A stretch of DNA of 64,000 bases, taken from positions 32,001 through 96,000 of IMG/VR virus record IMGVR_UViG_3300032893_000004; one strand, written 5' to 3'. This document shows positions 1-8,598 of the stretch, piece by piece. Source of the DNA: a virus. Under the pieces are notes generated by a model. It did no database searches and had not been told where the DNA came from. It saw only the letters and a program-made list of their open reading frames with translations. The position numbers and the translations under genes were made by a program. Numbering within the stretch: position 1 is the stretch's first letter; every line of letters begins with the position of its first letter.

Positions 1-4
1 TAGC

Positions 5-211
5 GTGTGTACAACGTGCGTAGAAATCATACGAGGCCGGATAACCGTCAAGGACGCTCTGTCTGCAGCCGCTTCCGAGCTGGCAGCTATGGAGAAAGAT
101 CCGCCAGATGTTGAGCACCTAAGAGACATCCTCGAAGCTGACGCAGCCGGCGACGTGGACAAGGTAAAACGTCTGATCGACGCCGGATATCGGAAGGAAC
201 GCTGGCTGTGA
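5..211 (+). CDS. hypothetical protein (start uncertain at window edge)
   Basis: ORF track; stop overlaps next GTG (GTGA). Confidence 0.55.
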   Translation: MCTTCVEIIRGRITVKDALSAAASELAAMEKDPPDVEHLRDILEADAAGDVDKVKRLIDAGYRKERWL

Positions 212-360
212 ACGAAATCTTGATGATCCTGATGGTTGTCTCCGTCTTGATGATGCTGCGCCGACCGCCGAGACGTCTGGAGCGCAACGGTTCGTTTCGT
301 CCGCGCGTATCGAAGGACCTGCTTGAATCCAAGCCGACTTCCACTCCGAGGAAACGGTGA
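208..360 (+). CDS. small membrane protein, 50 aa (MNEILMILMVVSVLMMLRRPP...)
   Basis: Translated by hand; GTGA coupling at both ends; hydrophobic N-terminus then basic tail. Confidence 0.55.
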   Translation: MNEILMILMVVSVLMMLRRPPRRLERNGSFRPRVSKDLLESKPTSTPRKR

Positions 361-704
361 ACTGGTTCAAATCCCTACTGCAACTGATCGCGTTCCAGAC
401 CGACCGCTGCACGGCTTGCTGGCGTCCGCTTAGGACCAAAGCTATCCACCAAGATTACCTCGACGGCCATACGCTGCTCGAATCGACACACGTCTGCATC
501 TACTGCGGGTCGGTGGAAGACCAGTTCGCTTACGGCAATTATGCGCGAGAGTACTGGCAGTACGAAGACGAGAAGGCTCATCCGATCTACATGCGGCTGA
601 TCAGGTTACCAGATAAAGTTTACATGGCTACGCGGAGGCTCCTCAACCCGTCCGAGCCAGCAGTCCCGGTCAAGCCGGGTGACCGAGACGAGACGTCCCA
701 CTAA
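357..704 (+). CDS. hypothetical zinc-binding protein
   Basis: CTAC and CIYC pairs; GAGGA upstream. Confidence 0.6.
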   Translation: MNWFKSLLQLIAFQTDRCTACWRPLRTKAIHQDYLDGHTLLESTHVCIYCGSVEDQFAYGNYAREYWQYEDEKAHPIYMRLIRLPDKVYMATRRLLNPSEPAVPVKPGDRDETSH

Positions 705-743
705 AAACAAGAGGCCGGGTGCCTTACAGCTCCCAGCCTCTTG
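703..743 (-). terminator. intrinsic terminator
   Basis: Minus strand CAAGAGGCTGGG/CCCGGCCTCTTG stem then TTTTT, between convergent genes. Confidence 0.7.
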
Positions 744-808
744 CCCATCCGTCGCGCCGGCTGATCAGCGTCCGGCACTTTCAGATGTAATCGATTTCTA
801 TTTGCCTA

Positions 809-1252
809 TTACGGCATAAAGCACATGGACATAGCAGTCGTCTTGCTGTGACCAGGGGTGCCAGTAGGACTCGGCGAGTTGAAGGATCCTTTGAGGGGAG
901 CTTCGGCCGTTTCGGTGATCGAGAGCCAGAGCGTGCCGGAGGTGCTGCAGGCCTGGGAGTACAAGCTGTCCGTTCGCTCGCCCGCCACGATCGTGCTCTG
1001 GAGAACCCATCCGCCGGTAGGAGTGCCGGAAGCGGTCGGGATCGCGCACATGGCTTCTGCGTAGAGACGCATGCGCTTAGCGCCCGGAGGAGTTGTGTTC
1101 GGGTTGAACGATCCGGTGGGACCGTCTTCCTGGTGGAGAACCGTCTCGCGCCAGATCACGCCGTCGGTTACGGAAGCGGAGTAGCTCTGGCGAACCTTGC
1201 GGCCGTCGGGCGACTGCGTTTGCGCGGCTAGAGTCCAAGTGGTAGCTGTCAT
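809..1252 (-). CDS. hypothetical protein, probably late-expressed
   Basis: GGGAGGAA RBS; CCTAATCTG motif upstream; terminator downstream. Confidence 0.65.
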   Translation of the reverse strand: MTATTWTLAAQTQSPDGRKVRQSYSASVTDGVIWRETVLHQEDGPTGSFNPNTTPPGAKRMRLYAEAMCAIPTASGTPTGGWVLQSTIVAGERTDSLYSQACSTSGTLWLSITETAEAPLKGSFNSPSPTGTPGHSKTTAMSMCFMP

Positions 1253-1287
1253 GGTTTGTTCCTCCCATGGCTTAATGTTCAGGTAGT

Positions 1288-1296
1288 CAGATTAGG
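1288..1296 (-). promoter_or_regulatory. candidate late promoter CCTAATCTG
   Basis: Variant of recurring motif, about 35 nt before ATG 1252. Confidence 0.55.
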
Positions 1297-1495
1297 ATAT
1301 CGTTGGTAGTCACTCTGTATACCAGCGCGTCAGCGGTATACCGGTATACCGACTCAGAATGACCATTTATTAATTATTACCAAGATGGGTCACTAATAAT
1401 TAATCCTACGAATCCAATGATTACGCGTAGATAGCGCGAGCTGGTATCAGAAAATATCAACAAAATGCTGCTATCAAGTTATATCAAGTCGATAC

Positions 1496-1524
1496 TTGAC
1501 CATTTTGGTGGACTATGAGAAAAT
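1496..1524 (+). promoter_or_regulatory. sigma70-like promoter TTGACC-N17-GAAAAT with TGn extension
   Basis: Canonical spacing; same architecture as 38537-38565; GGAGGT RBS follows. Confidence 0.55.
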
Positions 1525-1543
1525 ATTTTGAGTGGAGGTGGAT

Positions 1544-1975
1544 ATGTTCGGCAATCACGTCTTGGACGGCTTCGAGTACAAGGGCTACACGTACCGCTAC
1601 GACCTGGAAGTCTCGGACGACAACTGCAAGACCTACCATATGGCTTATCGGGACGGCAAGGAACGTCACTTCGACTGGTCGCCCTACTCCAACCCAACCG
1701 AGTCGGACTTCAAGCTGTGGGTAGATCTGGACATGCCAGAGCGCATCACGAACGGTCCGCTCGACAGGGCAGACCTCGAACGAATTCAAACAGAAAGGCT
1801 GAAGACATATCGCTGTCTGATCTCGTTCGTGAACGGCTTCGGCGAAGAAGTCGAGCGTCTCATCCGTATCACCTGCGCGACCTACCAAAGCGCTATAACC
1901 GAAGTACAATCGAGTTGGCCGACCGCCAAGATTATCCATCTTCAGCAGGACAGACTGCGAGCGAACCATGGCTGA
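1544..1975 (+). CDS. hypothetical early protein
   Basis: GGAGGTGG RBS before ATG 1544. Confidence 0.7.
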   Translation: MFGNHVLDGFEYKGYTYRYDLEVSDDNCKTYHMAYRDGKERHFDWSPYSNPTESDFKLWVDLDMPERITNGPLDRADLERIQTERLKTYRCLISFVNGFGEEVERLIRITCATYQSAITEVQSSWPTAKIIHLQQDRLRANHG

Positions 1976-2159
1976 CCAATGGACACCTCCGGTACACCGC
2001 GAAGAGATCTTCGGGTGGACCGGCTTGAGCACGGACGAACTCCGCGATATGATCTTGGCAGTAGCCAGGGCCTGCGGATTCCGGGTCGTGAGAGTAACCG
2101 ACACGAAGTGGCCGGAAGGTCACCCGGACCGCGTCACGTTCGAGGTGGAGGAGATATGA
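1968..2159 (+). CDS. hypothetical protein
   Basis: Overlap-coupled to neighbours. Confidence 0.55.
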   Translation: MADQWTPPVHREEIFGWTGLSTDELRDMILAVARACGFRVVRVTDTKWPEGHPDRVTFEVEEI

Positions 2160-2377
2160 GATATCCGCAGTACAAACCCGGCGCGAGATGGCAGGTCCGG
2201 CGCGAGTTCAGTCCTCTTCGCGACTTCGACTTCGTGATAATCGGTCCGGGCTCCAAACCGCGATACAAGCTGTGCAGCGTGCGTTTCTTGCATCCGAACG
2301 ACACCGATCGTAAAGATTTCTTAGCAGAATACCCTACCTGGCATCTGCAAGAACACGCCACGTATGTCGGTGAGTGA
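2156..2377 (+). CDS. hypothetical protein
   Basis: GGAGGAG RBS and ATGA overlap at 2156. Confidence 0.65.
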   Translation: MRYPQYKPGARWQVRREFSPLRDFDFVIIGPGSKPRYKLCSVRFLHPNDTDRKDFLAEYPTWHLQEHATYVGE

Positions 2378-2380
2378 CTG

Positions 2381-2430
2381 TAAATTATATTTTAATTTAT
2401 CGCGACTTGATGTAAACTATAGTTTATAAA
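2381..2430 (+). promoter_or_regulatory. AT-rich promoter region with two operator-like inverted repeats
   Basis: TAAATTA-N5-TAATTTA (2381-2399); perfect palindrome TAAACTATAGTTTA (2413-2426) right after TTGATG. Confidence 0.5.
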
Positions 2431-2441
2431 AGGACGGGGAC

Positions 2442-2825
2442 ATGGCCAAGATCTCGAACAAGAAGGAATCGATAGCGGATTTGAACTACGCCCTCGGGTA
2501 TCTCCACCAAGTCCAGCCTGGACTCGACAATACAGTCGTACTTGAACGCGCGAAGGGATTGATAAGGCGTGTTCTGCATCGTATGGCTGGACCCGACTTA
2601 AACGCAGGCAAGCATGTCGGCCGAACCTATACCGACACCAGGAAAGCAGCTGTTCTTGCGACGGCTACCGATCGATCGACCTATTCCGGAGCCATACTGG
2701 CGGATATGACTCGCGCCCGTCTCAGCGACCTGTACGACAAGGTGGTGGCTGACCACGAAAATTGGGACGGCGAAGAGGTTTCGATTGACCGTATTCTGGC
2801 GCTAATGCTAGGATGCGGAAAATGA
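2442..2825 (+). CDS. hypothetical protein
   Basis: ORF after AT-rich intergenic region, purine-rich RBS. Confidence 0.65.
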   Translation: MAKISNKKESIADLNYALGYLHQVQPGLDNTVVLERAKGLIRRVLHRMAGPDLNAGKHVGRTYTDTRKAAVLATATDRSTYSGAILADMTRARLSDLYDKVVADHENWDGEEVSIDRILALMLGCGK

Positions 2826-3142
2826 GCGCTATCGAAGCGGCCGAGCATCGGATAGAAGAGCTGACTACCCAGAGAGATCGCCTCCTGGCTGAAGTGGAAG
2901 ACCTCAAGCGACTTCTCACGCCCGAAGGGCTCAAAATCCAGTCCGTAAACTACGCCCAGTGGGAAGCCGCAACTTCGGCCATGGAACTAATGAAGACCGA
3001 GCTTCAGGCAGCCGCTGACGCGCTCAAACCGCCGTTCTTGGCGCTACCAGAACAGTTTACATCAGAGATGCTGGCGTACCGTCGCGGGGCGCGAGACGCG
3101 TATCTGGCTGTCGTCAGAGCCTTCAAGGAGCTGAAGCGATGA
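2822..3142 (+). CDS. coiled-coil hypothetical protein
   Basis: ATGA overlap; heptad-like IEELTTQRDRLLAEVEDLKRLL. Confidence 0.6.
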   Translation: MSAIEAAEHRIEELTTQRDRLLAEVEDLKRLLTPEGLKIQSVNYAQWEAATSAMELMKTELQAAADALKPPFLALPEQFTSEMLAYRRGARDAYLAVVRAFKELKR

Positions 3143-3152
3143 AGGAGACCTT

Positions 3153-3458
3153 ATGACGTCGTTAGACGGCTTACGCACCTTCCTGGAGTACGCGGACGAG
3201 ATGCGTTTCGAGATCCACGACACCGGCGGCAGCTACCTGACAGACGTCGTGTTCTGCGAGTTCATGCGCAAAGCCAAGGACGCGCTAGGTAAAACAGACT
3301 ACGAGCTTGCCGAGATGCTCGACGTGTCCACTCACGTTGTCAAGCGCTGGTTGGACGGAAGCAACTCGCCACACCGGTTCATGCAGCTCGGGGCCGTAAA
3401 CGAACTTATCAAGGCAGCTCGCATCGAAGAGCAGACGAGGAGTATCGCTTGGCCGTGA
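3153..3458 (+). CDS. XRE/Cro-type helix-turn-helix protein
   Basis: LGKTDYELAEMLDVSTHVVKRWLDGSNSP fits HTH_XRE pattern; AAGGAG RBS. Confidence 0.7.
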   Translation: MTSLDGLRTFLEYADEMRFEIHDTGGSYLTDVVFCEFMRKAKDALGKTDYELAEMLDVSTHVVKRWLDGSNSPHRFMQLGAVNELIKAARIEEQTRSIAWP

Positions 3459-3748
3459 ACTGGCGCAAAATCAAGAAAGGTTCGGTCTATATCATCGAAT
3501 TCAAAGGGATATTCACCGGAATACACGCCGGCAACATTCCTTTCAACGACGCGGAGCTGTACGTCCTCTACAAAGGTCAGCTGATCCACGCGTGGCTGAT
3601 CGGTAGCGAAACCGATCTGTTCTACGAGCGCCTCCACCCGACCGCCCGATCGATCAAGGGTATGGTCGCCAAGTATCGACGAGACGCTGAGAGCTTCGGG
3701 GTAGTGAAAGACTTCGAAGTGGTTGCGACCAAGGTAGGTAACTTGTGA
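3449..3748 (+). CDS. hypothetical protein (start may be GTG 3455)
   Basis: Coupled ORF in operon. Confidence 0.55.
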   Translation: MAVNWRKIKKGSVYIIEFKGIFTGIHAGNIPFNDAELYVLYKGQLIHAWLIGSETDLFYERLHPTARSIKGMVAKYRRDAESFGVVKDFEVVATKVGNL

Positions 3749-3999
3749 ACGACCATGTCGACCACCTCTCTCACTGCGTATCAGCCCTCGCGACGGACGA
3801 AGCTCGCAAGATAGACCGGTTCATGGTAGGATGGAATACCCACGCCGAAGACTTGATCATGCCTGATTCTAAGTACGACGAGAAGCTTGACCGATTCGTG
3901 ACGTGGAAAGAAGTAGTTGCCGGCCTGACGCTGTTCGAGTGCCGAGCAGCCGGCGAACGATTCGGGCGAGAATACGCCGATAGCGTAGGTGGAAAATGA
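3745..3999 (+). CDS. hypothetical protein
   Basis: GTGA coupling. Confidence 0.55.
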   Translation: MNDHVDHLSHCVSALATDEARKIDRFMVGWNTHAEDLIMPDSKYDEKLDRFVTWKEVVAGLTLFECRAAGERFGREYADSVGGK

Positions 4000-4244
4000 A
4001 TTCGTATTCCGAGATATCACTCACCAAAGTTAAGAGCGGTCGCAAGGAATACCGCTGCGAGTGGTGCGACCAGAAGATCCTGACAGGAGAAGAGCATGTT
4101 CGGCGTGTCTACAAGATGGAAGGTGATATACGAAATGAGAGAATGCATCCTGAATGCTACGTGGCAATGGAGCGGTCCGACCACGCTATGATCTCGGAAG
4201 GCTGGATGCCGGGTGATCCTACTAGAGGGCGGCCGCTCAGGTGA
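3996..4244 (+). CDS. small zinc-finger protein
   Basis: CEWC...HPEC pattern; ATGA overlap. Confidence 0.65.
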   Translation: MNSYSEISLTKVKSGRKEYRCEWCDQKILTGEEHVRRVYKMEGDIRNERMHPECYVAMERSDHAMISEGWMPGDPTRGRPLR

Positions 4245-4260
4245 GTTCTGTGCTTATCTT

Positions 4261-4330
4261 AGTACAAGATTTCGCTGTACTCAATTGATCACACAACGAA
4301 GAAATCGCGCTTTCGACGCAGCTGTGCCCT
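4261..4330 (-). ncRNA. candidate structured small RNA with pseudoknot/kissing potential
   Basis: GCACAGC/GTTGTGT stem with GAAA-loop hairpin; second hairpin AGTACA/TGTACT; unpaired GATTTC complementary to loop GAAATC; CCTAACCTT upstream. Confidence 0.4.
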
Positions 4331-4353
4331 GTAAAGGTTAGGTAATAGTTGAC

Positions 4354-4857
4354 CTAAAAGGTGGACTTATCGCCGGCTAGGGTAAAAAGCCACTTTTTGA
4401 AGGGTTCGCTGCTCGTCTCGCTCGTATAGCATCTGGCTACAGCCTCATCCAGCGAGCAGCAGAACGACCTGCGGATATCTTCCACTGCCTTGAAGTACTT
4501 CTGCTCCAGCTCATCTTGCATTAATAGTCCACCGTTTTGGTCGACTACTACCTTCCGATCGCCCACCACATCGTAGTCTGCGAACGTATGGTCGGAGGTG
4601 CATCCCTTGTGGCCCATAGCACAGTGGTGCGGTATGTTGTCGACCATGGTCTTTAAGGCGTCCGAGCGTTCATGAGATACTCGATAAAATGCTGCTGGCA
4701 CGATATCGTTGTCCACAGCGTATCTCTCGCCGGCCGTCATCCTGTTTGGGTTCCGAGCATCACGCGCCCACCAGCAGTCCTTGCACATGATATACTGGTC
4801 GGCTTCGACAGATTTGTGGCAGTGTAGGCACTTCTTAGGACCGGCTGATGTGTTCAT
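4354..4857 (-). CDS. hypothetical zinc-binding protein
   Basis: CLHC/CKDC; ATG 4857 overlaps stop of upstream ORF. Confidence 0.6.
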   Translation of the reverse strand: MNTSAGPKKCLHCHKSVEADQYIMCKDCWWARDARNPNRMTAGERYAVDNDIVPAAFYRVSHERSDALKTMVDNIPHHCAMGHKGCTSDHTFADYDVVGDRKVVVDQNGGLLMQDELEQKYFKAVEDIRRSFCCSLDEAVARCYTSETSSEPFKKWLFTLAGDKSTF

Positions 4858-5027
4858 AGGCCGAACACCTTCGGGTTGTGCGATATCGACCGATCCATCA
4901 GGTATCCGAGGTCGTCCCATCTGTCGGGAGAATCCGTGCAGCCGATCCAAGCCGGCGACTTGAGCATCCAGCGCAGCTTCGAGAGCAGTTCCTCGGCTTG
5001 GGCTATCAGGCGATCGGTCTCGCTCAC
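4854..5027 (-). CDS. hypothetical protein, 57 aa (MSETDRLIAQAEELL...)
   Basis: Translated by hand; 4-nt overlaps at both ends. Confidence 0.5.
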   Translation of the reverse strand: MSETDRLIAQAEELLSKLRWMLKSPAWIGCTDSPDRWDDLGYLMDRSISHNPKVFGL

Positions 5028-5410
5028 AGCTTTGGATCCTTAGACGGCTCGTCGCACTTAAGGTACTTCAGGCGCTCTTCCCAGTTCGCCAGCATGGCCT
5101 TCATAGTTACCTCGTCTTCCCTGGACATCTGGGTTATCCACTCCTCGATCGAGATATTGGCCTTGTGGATAGCGGGATCGAACCCTTTCAGAGACATGAG
5201 CCACTTGATCTCGCCTACCCAGTCGCCGGTGTTCACTCCGTGTAGGAGGTAGCCCGAGTGGATAAGCTCCAGCAGCCAGAGCAAATTGTCGTGCTGGTAG
5301 CGGTTGAGAGTGATCGTGACCGAGCTGGGGTCGAGCAGCTTCAGGTCGTTCTGCCTCACCACGTTCATGGCCCGGAAGATCAGCCTCAGCCGATAGAGTA
5401 ACTTCTTCAT
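5024..5410 (-). CDS. hypothetical protein
   Basis: Coupled ORF. Confidence 0.6.
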   Translation of the reverse strand: MKKLLYRLRLIFRAMNVVRQNDLKLLDPSSVTITLNRYQHDNLLWLLELIHSGYLLHGVNTGDWVGEIKWLMSLKGFDPAIHKANISIEEWITQMSREDEVTMKAMLANWEERLKYLKCDEPSKDPKL

Positions 5411-5760
5411 ACTACGACTCCTGCCTTGATCAGAAGCAGCGCGTTCATGATGCGAGTCTTGGGCGACGAGCCTAGTTGCTTAGTGTTGCATCTGATGTTT
5501 TCGACAGCCGCTCGGCCGGCTTCTAGAGGATCGGAGCCGTCGTTGACCTGAGCTGGTCCTACCGCCGGAGCGTTGAGGAACAAAATACGCAAAGCTGCTC
5601 TTTCAGAAGCCTCGTCGGTGCCGTTAAGGTCGACACCGTCCGAGCAGTGACCTAGAGCGCAGGCTTTTGAGCCGTCGCGTGTCCGGTAAGTGCCCATATG
5701 CCACTTTCTGGCCGGAATTCTGCTGAACTTCTCTATGAAATAATCAACGTCGTACGTCAT
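5407..5760 (-). CDS. hypothetical phage protein (CALGHC motif)
   Basis: ATGA overlap with upstream gene. Confidence 0.65.
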   Translation of the reverse strand: MTYDVDYFIEKFSRIPARKWHMGTYRTRDGSKACALGHCSDGVDLNGTDEASERAALRILFLNAPAVGPAQVNDGSDPLEAGRAAVENIRCNTKQLGSSPKTRIMNALLLIKAGVVV

Positions 5761-6023
5761 ACCCACCCCACCTTCATTATAACGGTTTTTGCCATAGGAT
5801 CGAACTTGTCGTCTGAAACGCTGAATCCTCGGACTGTCAGGAGGGCCGCCAGCTTCTCGCGTGCAGGCTGTTCGAGGTGAGATACGTCCATCATGACCGA
5901 CCCGAAGCCTTCGGTAGCCTTGTCTTCTATGATGGCAAGCGCCTTGCTGAGATCCTTGGATTTTGCCTCCAGCATGTGCTGCTTGGCCAGCTCAGCCGTC
6001 AGATGCATGAATTTCAGATTCAT
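5757..6023 (-). CDS. hypothetical protein
   Basis: AGAGGGA RBS. Confidence 0.65.
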   Translation of the reverse strand: MNLKFMHLTAELAKQHMLEAKSKDLSKALAIIEDKATEGFGSVMMDVSHLEQPAREKLAALLTVRGFSVSDDKFDPMAKTVIMKVGWV

Positions 6024-6077
6024 TCGTCCCTCTTGCCGGAGGCTTTATTTTGAATTGTAAGATACCACTCCCGAGGC

Positions 6078-6350
6078 TTATCTGCGCTCATGGTTTGGCC
6101 CTTTCGCAGTCGCAACGATCTTGCTGTCGAGAATGTAGATCTTCCCGAATAACTGCTTTACGGTCAGCATGCACGAACGGTCGAGCGCCCCGAAGTCGTA
6201 GCTGTAGTGCGGTTTCCGGAACAGCAGCAGGAAGCGGATGTACCACGGGAAAGGCTTGACCTTCGGGAAGGAACTATAGCTCATCTTCCACCAGCATGAG
6301 AGTATCGTCAGGCGCCAGAACGAGTATAATAGCGTTGGACCGCGCTTCAA
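6078..6350 (-). CDS. hypothetical protein (true start probably downstream)
   Basis: Fills operon gap. Confidence 0.4.
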   Translation of the reverse strand: MKRGPTLLYSFWRLTILSCWWKMSYSSFPKVKPFPWYIRFLLLFRKPHYSYDFGALDRSCMLTVKQLFGKIYILDSKIVATAKGPNHERR

Positions 6351-6624
6351 GTTTATCGCGACCGACCATCGACTCGATCAGCTTGCGCTCGTTGTCGGAG
6401 TAGAGCCAGCTCGACGGTACCCGCAGGACGTATTCTCGGCACGTCCAGTGCGTCCGGAATACGAAGTCAGACGTGAGATCTGCGTTGCGAGTGAACGAGA
6501 CGACCTTGCCGACTAAGACTGTTTCGTAGCTGTTAGATTTTCCTAACGATTCGCTTTCTTCGAGCTGCCCTCCTGCGACTGCGGCGTCGAACTGCGCATG
6601 TTGTTCTCTCACTTTTAAGCTCAT
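6274..6624 (-). CDS. hypothetical protein
   Basis: GAGGAG RBS. Confidence 0.6.
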   Translation of the reverse strand: MSLKVREQHAQFDAAVAGGQLEESESLGKSNSYETVLVGKVVSFTRNADLTSDFVFRTHWTCREYVLRVPSSWLYSDNERKLIESMVGRDKLEARSNAIILVLAPDDTLMLVEDEL

Positions 6625-6779
6625 GTTATCTCCTCAGTTAAAACGGGATAAATCTCGGAACATCACGCTCATGCGTGGCAAAGTTCTATCTTCCAGATCT
6701 ACCTGATAGAGCGATTCGAAGTATGCCAACAGTGGCGCGACCACCTCGAAGCCGACTGCGTCTGAAACAGATTCCCAGT

Positions 6780-6845
6780 CTACCATCTCGCGGCCGCCAC
6801 AATCATCACGATCAATATCAAGTTCGCTAATACGATGTAACGCAT
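6780..6845 (-). CDS. 21-aa single-TM micropeptide MRYIVLANLILIVMIVAAARW
   Basis: AGGAG RBS 5 nt before ATG; wholly hydrophobic core. Confidence 0.45.
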   Translation of the reverse strand: MRYIVLANLILIVMIVAAARW

Positions 6846-6852
6846 ACGTCTC

Positions 6853-7143
6853 CTAAGCGACCCGTCTCGGGTACCGCTGCCATTCCGTCTTTCGAAGATC
6901 CTGGTCAGTCTGAGGATAGACCACGTGCAGCCACTTGTTAAGGTCAGCCGCGCGGATGTCGAAGCGCGTGTACAGAGCGGTTCCTCGCGGGCCATTAGAA
7001 CATCTCCAGTGGGTGCCGTCGTAGCCTATCGTGATCCAGTAGCCCGAAACGCGAATCTCCAGACCTAGATCGGAGACGTAGTCGACTTCGAACGCAACGT
7101 CGACGTTCCTCTCGTGCTTTATGATGTCACCGTTCTGGATCAT
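6853..7143 (-). CDS. hypothetical protein
   Basis: ATGA-type overlap with upstream gene. Confidence 0.6.
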   Translation of the reverse strand: MIQNGDIIKHERNVDVAFEVDYVSDLGLEIRVSGYWITIGYDGTHWRCSNGPRGTALYTRFDIRAADLNKWLHVVYPQTDQDLRKTEWQRYPRRVA

Positions 7144-7520
7144 GTCAGCTTCTTCCTGTACGTACATTTAGTACAGAATTCTTCCTTTGTCCAGCCCGAA
7201 TCGTACATCTCGATGTTGTGATCGCACGTTGTTCCAGACAAGTTCCTGACCTTCGCAGGACTTCGCACGTCAGCTGACGCCCAGCGTGTCTCCACATGCG
7301 CCCTTTCTACGAAGTGGCACGCGCCGTTCATGTCGGTAATCCTATATTCTTCTGTCTTTCCAGAAGCTGTAACCTTGGTGACCCAAGCATCGACTGTTCC
7401 TAGAACCCAGATCGTATTGGATCGACCGCCCACTTTTTCACCGATCTTGAACTTCCAATCTACAGGCTTTTCCTGTTCGTTTTCGACCTCAAATCCAGAT
7501 ACGATCTTGCCTATCAACAA
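7140..7520 (-). CDS. hypothetical protein, C-terminal zinc motif
   Basis: CDH...CTKC; start uncertain. Confidence 0.55.
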   Translation of the reverse strand: MLIGKIVSGFEVENEQEKPVDWKFKIGEKVGGRSNTIWVLGTVDAWVTKVTASGKTEEYRITDMNGACHFVERAHVETRWASADVRSPAKVRNLSGTTCDHNIEMYDSGWTKEEFCTKCTYRKKLT

Positions 7521-7631
7521 GTTTCGCCATCCAGTCTTCTGGGCGGATGCCGAAGCATTGTTCGATCCAGTACTTCATAGACTCGACGTCGTTGAACGCT
7601 TCTGAAGGCAGTACATTGTGCTTGATCTTCT

Positions 7632-7847
7632 TCATATGACCTTCCATTCCCTCTCGACAAGCTCGGCGGGATACACTCCGTCCGAGTGGGCGGCCACCGA
7701 GCCGTCCCAGAGTATCTGATAGAATCGTCGACCTTCCTTGTTGATCAAGGTGCCTACGATCGTACCGGTGTGGACGTTGAACACCGAGTCCGGACCTTCG
7801 AAGCAGTCCACGCGAGTACCTTTCTTGAATTTGAACTGCTCAGTCAT
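7632..7847 (-). CDS. hypothetical SH3/Tudor-like small beta protein
   Basis: FKKGTRV...GTIVG...YQILWD pattern. Confidence 0.55.
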   Translation of the reverse strand: MTEQFKFKKGTRVDCFEGPDSVFNVHTGTIVGTLINKEGRRFYQILWDGSVAAHSDGVYPAELVEREWKVI

Positions 7848-8052
7848 TCTTGAAGAACTCCGCGTTGGGTCGTGCGAGTCGTACAAGCTCTTCCTCGCCG
7901 TGCCACCACTTGATCAGGTGATACGAGATGAAGTTCATCTTCGTCGTGAACGTGCCGAGATAGCGGTATGTCCGGCCGTCGAAGACGTTTGTCTGGGCTC
8001 GGTATATGAGCCCTCTACGTGTCCAAGGATTTTTCAGTTGCTGTTTAGGCAT
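7840..8052 (-). CDS. hypothetical protein
   Basis: Fills operon. Confidence 0.45.
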   Translation of the reverse strand: MPKQQLKNPWTRRGLIYRAQTNVFDGRTYRYLGTFTTKMNFISYHLIKWWHGEEELVRLARPNAEFFKND

Positions 8053-8348
8053 TCGTAATCCTTGGTGCACTTCGCTTCGAGTGTCTTGCACGTACCGATG
8101 AATTCCATAACTTCAGCCGTAGGAGCTGTCCCGGTAAGCACAGATGCAACACACTTCGAGTACGAGCGATAACACTCCGTACATTGCTTGGCTTCCTCGT
8201 AGGTCAAGATCAATCCGCCGCCGAGAGGTATCGCAACTGGAGGTTTATCGGCTCGAGCCAGACGCGCCATCAAGCAGACCGCTGCCGCGATTCCGACTAG
8301 GATGAGGTACCGTATTACGACTTTCTTGACCAGATCGCGATCGTTCAT
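8034..8348 (-). CDS. membrane-anchored or secreted Cys-rich protein
   Basis: GGAGG RBS; hydrophobic N-segment ending ARA; six Cys. Confidence 0.6.
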   Translation of the reverse strand: MNDRDLVKKVVIRYLILVGIAAAVCLMARLARADKPPVAIPLGGGLILTYEEAKQCTECYRSYSKCVASVLTGTAPTAEVMEFIGTCKTLEAKCTKDYECLNSN

Positions 8349-8542
8349 TTTTGCCTCCGGAAAGCGATGGCGCAGACCAGCGGAAGCCACGCGACTACGA
8401 AGAGAATCATGACGAGAGGGGTCTTCACGCCGTTCTTCCGCATCAGATCCATCGCGAGCGACCAGTTGCGGAACAGAAGGAGTGCCCACAGCAAGACGCC
8501 GACTTGTAAGTAACCAAATACGATTTCTGCTTGAGTAGTCAT
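8345..8542 (-). CDS. small 2-TM membrane protein, probably leaderless
   Basis: Two hydrophobic segments; ATG 6 nt after -10 box. Confidence 0.65.
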   Translation of the reverse strand: MTTQAEIVFGYLQVGVLLWALLLFRNWSLAMDLMRKNGVKTPLVMILFVVAWLPLVCAIAFRRQK

Positions 8543-8548
8543 GGCGAT

Positions 8549-8577
8549 ATTCTATCGCGTAGACAAGGATAGGTCAA
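8549..8577 (-). promoter_or_regulatory. sigma70 promoter TTGACC-N17-TAGAAT
   Basis: Near-consensus boxes and spacing. Confidence 0.75.
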
Positions 8578-8598
8578 GCGTCTCGGTTCGAGACGCTA

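Noticed and set aside
4290-4335. c-di-GMP-I riboswitch (ACAGGGCA...CGAAAG)
   Set aside because: Lacks the GCAAAG junction and P3, and no downstream gene in that orientation
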